This document shows, one piece after another, positions 9,411 to 18,433 of a stretch of 64,000 bases of DNA (position 1 is the stretch's first letter; every line of letters begins with the position of its first letter). This DNA comes from Candidatus Latescibacterota bacterium (GTDB lineage: Bacteria; Latescibacterota; UBA2968; UBA8231). The notes under the pieces are model-generated. The model worked only from the letters and a program-made list of their open reading frames with translations. It had not been told where the DNA came from and did not search any database. A program made the translations under genes and the position numbers. The stretch lies in assembly GCA_965203175.1 (NCBI GenBank), contig OZ241867.1, forward strand, positions 2,528,001-2,592,000, given 5' to 3'.

Positions 9411-12074
9411 TTATTGCAAGCCCGCGTAGATCGAAATAAAGATCTGATTAATAATCACCGCGTCCTCGCCCCGTGGCTGGCGGCGGTCGATTTTCATGCC
9501 CGCATGGGTTGTGACCTTATAGCCGAGATAATCGGAGATATTGGCCAACTGCAAGGCCCAGACTAGGCCGTTGAAGTCGTTGGAGTCGCGCTTCAGGTCG
9601 TTGAGGAAGGTCATCTCCAGCCCGCTCATCAGGGTTGTGTGGCTGAGCAGGGGAAAGCCGAGGATGAAGCCGCCGATCTCGGCCAGTTCGGTGCGTTCGT
9701 CGGCTGAAATCAGGTCGCGGCTCTGACGGCGGTACTCGCTTTTCCAGCGCGGCTCTAGCCACAGGTGCCCAAAGTCGAAGCGGTAGCTGATTTTGTTGAT
9801 TAGGCCAAAGAAAAAGTCGCGCTCGCGCAGGCCCAACAGCGCGCGCTCATTGGCACTCAGCCGCTGGTGGTACAGGTCGTATTTGAGGTAATTGGCCGTC
9901 AGCAGGCCGCGCAGCTTGTAGTCGTGGCCGACCCACAGGCTGTTGATCCAAGCGTCGCGAGCGATGAGAGGATCCTCGACTTTGGTTGGTTCACCAGTGC
10001 GGATATTGGCATTGGGCAGCCACTGCAAGAGGTCGTCGGGGATGTCGTCGGTCGTGGACTTGAGCATCTCGAAGACGCGGAAGCGGCCCCAATCAGGGGT
10101 GTCGCGGTCCAGGGTCAGCAAGACGTAATTGGCATGGTTTTTTTGGATAGAAGAAATGAGACCCTCGCGCAGGACGCCGACCATCAGCCGCAACTCCGGG
10201 GTGAAGTGGATGCCGCCATAGGCGTTGTACCCTCGGTGATCCTTCTTGTAAGGGTAGTCGGGCAGTTCGTCGTTTTCAAAGCGATCGACCCATAGGTTGT
10301 TGTTCAGGTCGATGCCGAAGAGGAATTCGGGCCGATCGACGTTGTGGCGCAGGAACGGCTCCTCGTAGTCCGGGATGAGGTTGCTCAAGAAGCGGTTGTC
10401 GTTCTGGTTGAAATCCGAGATGAAGTCGTTGTTCTCATCCCAGCCGGGAAAGACGCTCGGATCGCCGACTTGCCAGTCCTTGCGCACGGTGTCGGGAAAT
10501 TCGTCTTGGTCGTCGTTGTCCTCGACTAGCTCGACGACGTGGATGCGTTCGTCCTCGTAGTCGATAAAGCCATCGCCTTGGGCGGTGAACGTGCGGGTGG
10601 AGTAGCGAGGATCCATGCTGTATGCCTCGCCGAAGAAGAAAAAGGGAAACGCGACCCGCGAGAGGTTCATCATCCACGCGGAGGCGGCGCGGTCGCCGCG
10701 GATGCCCGAGAAGGTGGTGTGAGTCTTGGCGACTACATTGGGATATTTGGTGTAGTTATAGCTGAGATCGTACTCGCCGTAGAAGTCGAAGCCGAGGACC
10801 TGTTGCAGCTCTAGGGTTCCTCCCCAGATCTGGGTGGAGGTCGGCAGGCCGTAATCGAAACTGACGATCTGCAAATTGGTGTTGTCTTGGACATTGCCCT
10901 CGGCTTGGGCGACGAGCAAAAGCACGGACTCGCCGCTGGCGTTGAGCTGGCTGTCGGAGGTGACCCAGACCTGATAGTCGTTGCCCAACACGAGGCGGAA
11001 CTCGACCTTTTTGATTTCTTCTTTGGTGCCCGAGGAGCGGTTGACAAAGGCCGGACTGTCAAAGTCGTAGCGCAGGCGAATTTCCTCGACGCCGTCGGCC
11101 GAAAGGAAGCCCTCCCCCACGAGGCCACCCTCGATGATCGGTTCAAAGCGGATGGCCTTGCCGTTGTCTTGCGTGCCGTCGAGATAGGTGATGATGATGT
11201 CCGAACCAGCGCTGAAGAAGGCCGCGCCGCCGACACCGTCCTCGGGACTGTCGTCGCGCAAGACGATTTCGATGATCGAGACGGTCTGGTTCTGATCGAC
11301 CGATAGCTCGCCGGTGAAGGGGTTGCCGGTAAATCCGTCGATGAGGGTGTTGGACTGGTGGGCGTTGACCATCGTCAATCCTATGGTGGCGAAGTCGCCC
11401 ACCTGCGCGGTGGTGCGGCTGCCGAACATGGATGTGGCGTTGGTGACCAAGCTCTCTTGATCGTTGGTTGACGTGCCGCCGGGTCGGCTGATGCGCGAAT
11501 AGATTAGAGTGCCTTGGTATTTGTCGGCCGCGTAGTCGAATTGAATGCCGTCCCAACGCGGCTTGGAGAAGGTCATCGGCGTCAGGGTCGAGCGAATCTT
11601 AGTGCCGGCTGTCAGGGCGTAGTGATGCTGGCCCTTGGAGTCGGCCGAAATGACCAAGCCGCTAAACCAGCCCTCGAAATTTCTGGACTTCAGCACGGAA
11701 GAGCCAAACTGTCGAGGCTGGGTCTGCGAGTTGTTGAAAACCAGCCAGCCTCGGGTGATGAGGTTGCCGTAGAGGTCGTAGTAGTAATCGCCTTCGCGGA
11801 TGGCGCTGACGTAGCGCTGGTAGTGATCGCGGGCGTAGTTGGAGTATTCCCACTGCCGCCACTGGTATTCGTTAAAAAGCTCCTGCGGCACGTACCACCT
11901 GCGCTTAGCCGGGTCGAGGGCGCCGAACAGGACGCCGGACCCCTGTGGTTCAAAGGAAACCACCCCACCCCTTTTGACCGTGCCGAGGCGAGCGCCGTAT
12001 TCTTGGGCTTCGGCAGCAACGCTGCCGAGCCACAGAATGGCTATTGCCGTCCAGAATATCCGTCTCCGGTTCAC
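9411..12074 (-). CDS. Large exported hypothetical protein (887 aa), possible outer-membrane beta-barrel with acidic Ca-binding-like loops
   Basis: GTG at 12074 after RBS GAGGAGG (the ORF-track start 12257 overlaps the upstream gene); signal peptide ending AEA-Q; aromatic-rich with D/N-rich loops; amphipathic-looking strands ending ISIYAGLQ. The barrel call is inference. Confidence 0.6.
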   Translation of the reverse strand: MNRRRIFWTAIAILWLGSVAAEAQEYGARLGTVKRGGVVSFEPQGSGVLFGALDPAKRRWYVPQELFNEYQWRQWEYSNYARDHYQRYVSAIREGDYYYDLYGNLITRGWLVFNNSQTQPRQFGSSVLKSRNFEGWFSGLVISADSKGQHHYALTAGTKIRSTLTPMTFSKPRWDGIQFDYAADKYQGTLIYSRISRPGGTSTNDQESLVTNATSMFGSRTTAQVGDFATIGLTMVNAHQSNTLIDGFTGNPFTGELSVDQNQTVSIIEIVLRDDSPEDGVGGAAFFSAGSDIIITYLDGTQDNGKAIRFEPIIEGGLVGEGFLSADGVEEIRLRYDFDSPAFVNRSSGTKEEIKKVEFRLVLGNDYQVWVTSDSQLNASGESVLLLVAQAEGNVQDNTNLQIVSFDYGLPTSTQIWGGTLELQQVLGFDFYGEYDLSYNYTKYPNVVAKTHTTFSGIRGDRAASAWMMNLSRVAFPFFFFGEAYSMDPRYSTRTFTAQGDGFIDYEDERIHVVELVEDNDDQDEFPDTVRKDWQVGDPSVFPGWDENNDFISDFNQNDNRFLSNLIPDYEEPFLRHNVDRPEFLFGIDLNNNLWVDRFENDELPDYPYKKDHRGYNAYGGIHFTPELRLMVGVLREGLISSIQKNHANYVLLTLDRDTPDWGRFRVFEMLKSTTDDIPDDLLQWLPNANIRTGEPTKVEDPLIARDAWINSLWVGHDYKLRGLLTANYLKYDLYHQRLSANERALLGLRERDFFFGLINKISYRFDFGHLWLEPRWKSEYRRQSRDLISADERTELAEIGGFILGFPLLSHTTLMSGLEMTFLNDLKRDSNDFNGLVWALQLANISDYLGYKVTTHAGMKIDRRQPRGEDAVIINQIFISIYAGLQ

Positions 12075-12144
12075 CTTGCAATCCCTCCTCAGTAGATGTA
12101 CATGGTGCGTCAATGATAATCGGCCCCGGGCGTTCCAGCAATAA

Positions 12145-15100
12145 CTAGTAGGCCACGGCGATAATCCGCGCTTGGGTCGTCGGCTGCCCTGTGGCGTCGG
12201 CGTCGAGTTGGACTTGGCACAGATACAGCCCAGGCGGTGCACGGCGGCCGTGGTCATCGACGCCGTCCCAACGCACGGTGGTGCGGCCGCTCAGCACCAT
12301 CTCCTCGCGCTGCCAAACCCGTCGCCCATCGAGCGTGTAAATCTGCACTTGGAGGCGGCGGCTAGAAGTGAGCTTGAAGATATCCAACGAGATTTCAGCC
12401 GCGTCGTTGATCCCGTCGCCGTTGGGGGTAAAGGGGTTGGGACCGACTGCGAGACCATGGACGAGATCGCTGTCGATGGGGACGTTGATTGAGAGCGTGT
12501 TGCTGGCGATGCCTTCGTCAGCGTCGCCCGCTTCAACGGCCTGCCATGCCACTTCGGCGTCGGCGCTTGCTGCATTGCGCACGAACAGGCGCAGGGTCGT
12601 GCCGTTGAGAAAGACCGGCGCTGAAAGGCGCAAGCGGAAGCGCTGGCCCGGCCCGGTCACAATGCCGCGCTCGCCCGCGGCGAGGCGGTTGTACGCGCGC
12701 GAGTCGAGCGAGTCGCCGCGGGCGTCAAAGGGGAATTGGGCTCCGTCGCCGCGCAGAATGCGGAAGAAGCGGACGGGACCTTGCTCCTCGCCGGGCAGGT
12801 CTTGGTAGCTGGTTTGGTCAATCTCGCTGAGCTGGTCGCCGTTGCGGCGGAAGTAGCGGATGGCCCCCCGTTCGTCTTCGTCGAGGGTGCCGTACGCCGC
12901 GCCCGTAAGCGGCAAGCCGTCTTGGGTCACAGGCACCTCTTCGCCTTCAAGGGTAATGCGATTGTACGTGCGGCTGGCTGCGGGCAGGATGTTGAGCGCG
13001 TCGTCTAGGCGCACCCAGATCGAGTCGCCGCCGTTGGCCAAAAGCGCGGCTTGCGTCTGGTCGCTGGCTGTGAACACGCCGCGCTCGGTCCCAGGGCGAA
13101 AGACCTTTTCGCCATCTGGGCCGCTGATGCCAAGCTCCAAGAGTTCGAGCTTTTCCGAGGCCGGCATGGTCAGCAGAATCTCATTGAAGCCAGAGCTGCG
13201 CGAGGCCGCAGGCGACTCGATGAAGTAGGGCTGAGCAAAGACGTCAAAGGTCTCCCGCACACCGGAGACTTCCACCGAGGCCGGCCACAGCTCGGCCGCG
13301 ATGCGCTCGGCCACGGGATTGAGCAGTTCGACCGCGAGCGAGCGGATCGAAGCTGCGGCCTCACGGTCGGTGGTAATCATCTCGACTTGGAACTGCATGA
13401 ATTTGCGCAGACCGGGGGAAGTGACGATATCGCCAGGCTGCTGGTAGGCGCGGCTCCAAGGGCTCCAGCCACTGGTGGACACAAAGGTGGTGTCGGCTGG
13501 CCCCTTGAGTCGGGCCAAGAGGTTTTTCCAAGCGTCATAGGTGATTTCGTTGCCCGTTTTGTCGAAGTAGCGAATGACCTTGCCCAGCAGGTCGCCGGTG
13601 CGGGTTCGGATTGCGACGGTCGTACCTGGGGGTGTCTCGGCCTCCCAAGTAATGGCTCCGAAGTTGCGCGCCCCAGGCAGCGCAATAAGGTCGGAGGTCA
13701 GCACTACTTGCGCTGGATAGCCCGTGGAAAAAAGCTGGTACTCGGCAATGTTCGGCCCGGTGTTGTACCCGCCTCGACGGCGCGGGTCCGCCGAGATGAT
13801 GCTTATTTCGAGAAAGCGGAGCTTGGGGCTAGGATCATAGGTGTCGAGAATGTGTTGAAAGCGGTCGCGGCTATTGTCCTCGCGAAAGCGGGGACTGAGG
13901 CGCGACCACTTGATCTTGCCGCGCGTGTCGCGCGAGCCGTCGGAGCCTCGGATCAAGTACCCGTCTATATAGGGCCGGGGCCGGGTCGAGGAAATGCGCA
14001 TGGCGTCGAGCCAAAACGACGCGCCCATATCAACGGTGAGCACGCCGCGGTCGATGGTCGGCGACCAAACCAGGTGCAGGAAGTTGGTGTTGAAATCCGC
14101 GTCGAAAGCCGGTCCTGGTATGAAACCGTCGCCGGTCAGGTCGAGCTGGCCGCCGCCGGCCACCAAGCCGTTGCTGATGTTGTCGCCAAATCCGTACACC
14201 TCGATTCCGGCTAGACGCGGCCGTTCGCGTCGGTAGTAATCCAAACGGCCTTGGCGCTGGGGGTCGAGGCTTTCATAGATCGCTTGCTCGACCGGCTCTT
14301 CAAAGCCCTGTTCGTCGCGGATGAAATAGATGATCGCGCCGCGCTCATCGGCTGGCAGGGTTTGCCATTCCTCTTCGCTGATGCGCTCGCCGCGCTCGCC
14401 GCGGGTATCGCTGACCACGATGCGGATGGTCTCTACCAGCTTGCCCTGCCAGCCGGGGTCGGCATTGAGTTGTTCGAGACCAATGCGGAAGGTGCGCTGG
14501 TCGCGGTTGGGGGCTTTGGTGTTGGCGATGCGTTCAAAGGTGATTTTGTCGGCGTTTTCTTGCACCGGCTCTTGGTCGGGCGCGGCGAGGACGCGGAACT
14601 GGAAGAAGGGATCGCCTAGTTCTTCTTCGACAAAGTGAATGACGAGGGAATCGACCGCCACGACGCGACCCAAGTCTATTTCGATCCACCAGTCGTCGAT
14701 CGGTGCCTGCGGGTCGGGCTCCCAGAAGGTGGTTGGATCGTCGTCGAGGATGTTGGCGGCTGCGGCCGCATTCGAGCCGACGCGGCTGATGCCCGGACGA
14801 AAGAAATAGGAGTAAATGGGGTTGCCCTTGCGGTCGGCGATGATCTCGCCTTTCACGTCGCGGGTCTGGGTGCTATCGATGTTGAGGATGGCGGTTTGGT
14901 TACTGCGGCGACGCAGCTCGGGGATGGGGCGGGTAAAGGTCTCTAGATCGTCGAGCAAATTGAAGTGCTCGCGAAAAAAGTGCGGCTCGACCGTGCCGTC
15001 CGGCGATACCTTCACGGCGTGGGTGGGGAGCTGCCAGTTGTGCCAGTGCGCGGCTCTGTTGACTACTACGGAGCGGCTGGTGACGCGATGGCCTTTTTGG

Positions 15101-15156
15101 GCGTCGGCTGCGAGCAGCGGTGCCAAGCAGATGACGAGAAACGCTAAGAGTCTCAT
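12145..15156 (-). CDS. Large secreted protein with discoidin-like domains + C-terminal FlgD-Ig/T9SS-B-like domain (paralog C)
   Basis: Signal peptide; ILDDDPTTFW...WWIEIDLGRVVAVD (F5/8C-like), IAEYQLF, RTRTG, WSPWS, SPGLRKFMQ, PNPFTPNGDGIND, WDG..PGLY; ends VAY; RBS AGGAGG. Confidence 0.75.
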   Translation of the reverse strand: MRLLAFLVICLAPLLAADAQKGHRVTSRSVVVNRAAHWHNWQLPTHAVKVSPDGTVEPHFFREHFNLLDDLETFTRPIPELRRRSNQTAILNIDSTQTRDVKGEIIADRKGNPIYSYFFRPGISRVGSNAAAAANILDDDPTTFWEPDPQAPIDDWWIEIDLGRVVAVDSLVIHFVEEELGDPFFQFRVLAAPDQEPVQENADKITFERIANTKAPNRDQRTFRIGLEQLNADPGWQGKLVETIRIVVSDTRGERGERISEEEWQTLPADERGAIIYFIRDEQGFEEPVEQAIYESLDPQRQGRLDYYRRERPRLAGIEVYGFGDNISNGLVAGGGQLDLTGDGFIPGPAFDADFNTNFLHLVWSPTIDRGVLTVDMGASFWLDAMRISSTRPRPYIDGYLIRGSDGSRDTRGKIKWSRLSPRFREDNSRDRFQHILDTYDPSPKLRFLEISIISADPRRRGGYNTGPNIAEYQLFSTGYPAQVVLTSDLIALPGARNFGAITWEAETPPGTTVAIRTRTGDLLGKVIRYFDKTGNEITYDAWKNLLARLKGPADTTFVSTSGWSPWSRAYQQPGDIVTSPGLRKFMQFQVEMITTDREAAASIRSLAVELLNPVAERIAAELWPASVEVSGVRETFDVFAQPYFIESPAASRSSGFNEILLTMPASEKLELLELGISGPDGEKVFRPGTERGVFTASDQTQAALLANGGDSIWVRLDDALNILPAASRTYNRITLEGEEVPVTQDGLPLTGAAYGTLDEDERGAIRYFRRNGDQLSEIDQTSYQDLPGEEQGPVRFFRILRGDGAQFPFDARGDSLDSRAYNRLAAGERGIVTGPGQRFRLRLSAPVFLNGTTLRLFVRNAASADAEVAWQAVEAGDADEGIASNTLSINVPIDSDLVHGLAVGPNPFTPNGDGINDAAEISLDIFKLTSSRRLQVQIYTLDGRRVWQREEMVLSGRTTVRWDGVDDHGRRAPPGLYLCQVQLDADATGQPTTQARIIAVAY

Positions 15157-15189
15157 GGTGCCCTCCTGAGGATCTAGTCATAGTTGAAG

Positions 15190-15219
15190 CAAATAGGTCG
15201 AGATGCTCGTCGTTGTCAA
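15190..15219 (-). promoter_or_regulatory. Candidate sigma70 promoter for paralog C and downstream genes
   Basis: TTGACA-18 nt-TATTTG on the minus strand about 35 nt upstream of ATG 15156; the -10 is imperfect. Confidence 0.35.
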
Positions 15220-15322
15220 GGTTTAAAGAGAAGCCACATGCCTGCCTTCCACCGGGAAAAGGACTCCAGCGCGTCAGGTACATCGGCAAAGGCCGCCAAG
15301 CACAGGACGCGGAAGCGGCGAC

Positions 15323-16771
15323 TCACGGCCCTTGATCCAGCTCGCCTAGCTTGGCCCGGGCGCGCTGGTGATCTGGGTCGAGGGCGAGCACCTTTTGCAG
15401 GGTTTGCCGCGCTTGTTCCCGCTGTCCTTGCTGCATGAGGATCAGCGCCAGCCCATAGTGCGATTCCGCGTGGTCTGGGTCGAGGGCAATGCTGCGGGCG
15501 AAATGGGCGCGGGCATCGCGGTAGTTGGTTTGGCGGACATAGGCTAGCCCGAGGACGTAGTGGGCGTCGCGGTGGTCGGGATTGCGGGCGAGGGCTTGGC
15601 GCAGCGCGGCAACGGCCCCGGCAAAGTCGCCGCTTTTGAAACGCGCGCGGCCCAAGCCATAGGCAGCGGCAAACGAGTCGGGATCGATCGCCAAGGCACG
15701 GGCAAAGTACTCGTCGGCTTCTTTGGGCATACCCTCGTGCAAGTACAGGTCGCCCAGCATGATATAGGCGTCGCGGTGGTCGGGATTGCGGGCGAGGACT
15801 TGCTCCAGCGCGGCGCGGGCGTCGGCGAAGCGCTTTTGCTGCGCGTACACAGTGGCGAGACGCAGGCGAATGTCCACGGAAGTAGAGTCGCTGGCGAGGG
15901 CGCGCTTTAGGGAGTCGATCGCCTTGTCCCACGCGCGTTGGCGGATGTAAATGTTGCCCTGATTGAGGTGGCGTTCGGCCGCGCTCAACTGCTGGAAGCG
16001 CCCCTGCGCGTTGCGGGCGTCAGCGGGGCGGTCGCCCTCGGCGTAGGCTTGGGCCAACAGGTAGTGGGGAGCGGGGTTGTGCGGGTCGGCGTCTGCGGCG
16101 CGCTCGAGCACGGGAATGGCCGCTGTGGGTTCCCCGAGGCGGATGAGCAGGCCGCCCAAGCCTATGCCACCTTGAACGTGGTCGGGATCGCGGGCGAGTA
16201 GGTCGGCAAAACCGGTACGCGCTTGGGACAATTGCTGGTTGCGCACGAGCAGGTCGCTGTGGTAATAGCGGGCCTCAAGGTGGTCGGGCACGAGTTCGAT
16301 GGTGCGTTTGAACGCTGTGAGTGCGCCCGCAAAATCGCCGGTGGCGCGGCGCATCTCGCCTAGGTAGAAGTGGTATTTGGCGCGTTCGGGCGCGAGGGCG
16401 ATGGCTTGCTCCAGATGAGCTGCGGCCTCTAGGTAGCGGTGCTGGTCGCGCAGCACCGCGGCGAGGGCAAAGTGAGCGTGGGGCTGATCGGGCGTCAGGG
16501 CCAAGGCGCGTTCAAAGGCTGCGATGGCGAGCGCGGGCTGGTCGCGCCGAGCGTGAGCTAGGCCCTTTTGAAAATGGGCGGTGCTCGACGTGGAATCGAG
16601 TGCCACGGCCTGTGTGAGCTCTGCTAGGGCGCGGGCGGGCCGGTCCTGTTGCAAAAAAAGCGTGCCGCGCTGGAGCAAGCGGCGGGCTTCCTCGGGTCGC
16701 GCCGCGTCCTGCGGGTCGGGTTGGTCGGCGCAGGCGAGTGCGCCCAAAATCAGCAACAGGCGCGCGGTCAT
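15323..16771 (-). CDS. TPR-repeat lipoprotein
   Basis: Lipobox-like ALAC followed by about 12 consecutive 34-aa TPR units (A..A...P....A...LG). Confidence 0.9.
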   Translation of the reverse strand: MTARLLLILGALACADQPDPQDAARPEEARRLLQRGTLFLQQDRPARALAELTQAVALDSTSSTAHFQKGLAHARRDQPALAIAAFERALALTPDQPHAHFALAAVLRDQHRYLEAAAHLEQAIALAPERAKYHFYLGEMRRATGDFAGALTAFKRTIELVPDHLEARYYHSDLLVRNQQLSQARTGFADLLARDPDHVQGGIGLGGLLIRLGEPTAAIPVLERAADADPHNPAPHYLLAQAYAEGDRPADARNAQGRFQQLSAAERHLNQGNIYIRQRAWDKAIDSLKRALASDSTSVDIRLRLATVYAQQKRFADARAALEQVLARNPDHRDAYIMLGDLYLHEGMPKEADEYFARALAIDPDSFAAAYGLGRARFKSGDFAGAVAALRQALARNPDHRDAHYVLGLAYVRQTNYRDARAHFARSIALDPDHAESHYGLALILMQQGQREQARQTLQKVLALDPDHQRARAKLGELDQGP

Positions 16772-16774
16772 CGC

Positions 16775-18418
16775 TCAGGTGCCTTGGACCAGCGAATCCG
16801 GCAGGGCGGCCTTGAGGGCGCGCTCGTCGATCTCGACTCGGCTCTGATAGCGCTGGCGCAGGTCTTTGACGAAGCTGGTGAAGGCCGCGTTTTCCCGTTC
16901 GCGGCGCAACAGAGCGCGGGCGCGGCGCTGGACCTGCTCGTACGGTTCGACCCTGCCGGGGTTGCGTCCTTGGACGCGGAAAATAGAGTACCCGTCGCGC
17001 ACTCGGATTGGCCCGACGAGCTGACCGGGTTCCGCCGCATAGATGGCCGGGACTAGGCGCGGATAGAGCTTCTCGTCGCGCGGATGGAAGTGGAAGCGCG
17101 CTTGCGACTGGACCGCTTGGGCGCGCACGCTGCGGTCGGCGAGATCGGCAAAACTCGCGCCAGCAGCAAGTTGATCGCTGAGCCGCTGGGCCTCGGTCGG
17201 GCTGGATGCGAGCAGTTCTTCGACCTCGACGGATTCTTCGTGATAAAACATGTCGGGATGACTGTCGTAGTACTCCCACACCTCGGCGTCGGAGAGCATT
17301 TCGACGGCTGCGAAGCGGTTGCGCACGGCGTTGAGTAGCGCGTCTTGGTAGGCCCTCTTGGCTAGTCGTTGGACGTCTGGGTCGTCGTACAGGTCCTGTT
17401 CGCGGGCGGCGCGGCGCTGGAGGAGGGGGCGCAGCACTAGCCTGTCTAGCGTGGTGCGTGCGCGCGTGCTGTCTTTGAGGCTGCGCTGGGCATTGAGCCG
17501 CCGCAATGCCTTATAAGCCGCGGCGACTGTGGCCTGGCCCTCGGCAAAGGTGTAGAGCGGCGCGGTGCACGTGTCGAGCAGCGCGCCGTCTTCCCGCTGG
17601 GCCGCGCTGAGCATGAGTTGCAGCCCGTCGCGGTCGAGGGCCGCCCCAGCGGACGCACGAAGCGACTCAAAGTGCTCGGCCTCAACTTGGGCTAAGCGCT
17701 CCCTGAACAACTGCTCCTCGACGAGGGGCCGGTAGCGCTCGTAGGGCGTGTCGCGGTCTTCGGTGAAGCGGACGATGTGCCAACTAAGGCCAGCGCGCAA
17801 AGGAGCGGATATTTCCCCCAAGGGCAGCGTATTGAAGACCTCGGCCGGAATGTGCAAACTGGGCGCGGCCTCGCGGCCAATAAAGCCCAACTCGCCACCC
17901 TGTTCGGCCGAGCGCTTGTCGAGCGAGTGGGCGCGGGCCACTTCGGCAAAGGGCTGGCCGGCGTCGAGGGCCGCCACAGCCGCTTCGATTTCAGCGCGGG
18001 TGTGAACCAAGATCGCGTTGAGCTTGCGCTCGCGGTGGTAGCCTTCCTCGGCAAAGACGCGCCGCACCTCCTCTTCGGGCACTTGCACCTGAGCGGTTAT
18101 GTTGCGCGCCCGATAGAGGGCGACAACCCGCGCATCCACGGACTCATCCACAGCGCGTCTTACCGAGCGCAGCGTGTCTAGTCCGTGGGCGATGGCCTCT
18201 TTGAGGATTAGTTGGCGGTCGATGAGCGATTGCACGTATTGCCGCCGCGCCGCATCGCCGCCTTCGGGGTTGCGCAAGCCTGGGGGCAGCTTTTCGACAA
18301 AGGACCGCAGGCTCTCTCCTGAGATGGGCACTTCATCGACTCGCGCTATGGGCGCGTTCGTTTCTTGAGAACAGGCCGCGAGGGCGATAGTGATAGCGAG
18401 TATGTATAGAGGAGGCAT
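16775..18418 (-). CDS. PpiC/parvulin-type peptidyl-prolyl isomerase lipoprotein (PrsA/SurA-like foldase), two-module
   Basis: Lipobox LAAC; FAEVARAHSLD..SAEQGGELG...GEISAP...WHIV; second degenerate module FADLADRS...GQLVGPI...GYSIF. Confidence 0.85.
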   Translation of the reverse strand: MPPLYILAITIALAACSQETNAPIARVDEVPISGESLRSFVEKLPPGLRNPEGGDAARRQYVQSLIDRQLILKEAIAHGLDTLRSVRRAVDESVDARVVALYRARNITAQVQVPEEEVRRVFAEEGYHRERKLNAILVHTRAEIEAAVAALDAGQPFAEVARAHSLDKRSAEQGGELGFIGREAAPSLHIPAEVFNTLPLGEISAPLRAGLSWHIVRFTEDRDTPYERYRPLVEEQLFRERLAQVEAEHFESLRASAGAALDRDGLQLMLSAAQREDGALLDTCTAPLYTFAEGQATVAAAYKALRRLNAQRSLKDSTRARTTLDRLVLRPLLQRRAAREQDLYDDPDVQRLAKRAYQDALLNAVRNRFAAVEMLSDAEVWEYYDSHPDMFYHEESVEVEELLASSPTEAQRLSDQLAAGASFADLADRSVRAQAVQSQARFHFHPRDEKLYPRLVPAIYAAEPGQLVGPIRVRDGYSIFRVQGRNPGRVEPYEQVQRRARALLRRERENAAFTSFVKDLRQRYQSRVEIDERALKAALPDSLVQGT

Positions 18419-18433
18419 AGATATTTTTTCCTT

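Noticed and set aside
2722-15156. Calling the VAY paralogs flagellar hook-cap FlgD
   Set aside because: Only the Ig-like tail is shared; they have Sec signal peptides and no flagellar genes are nearby.
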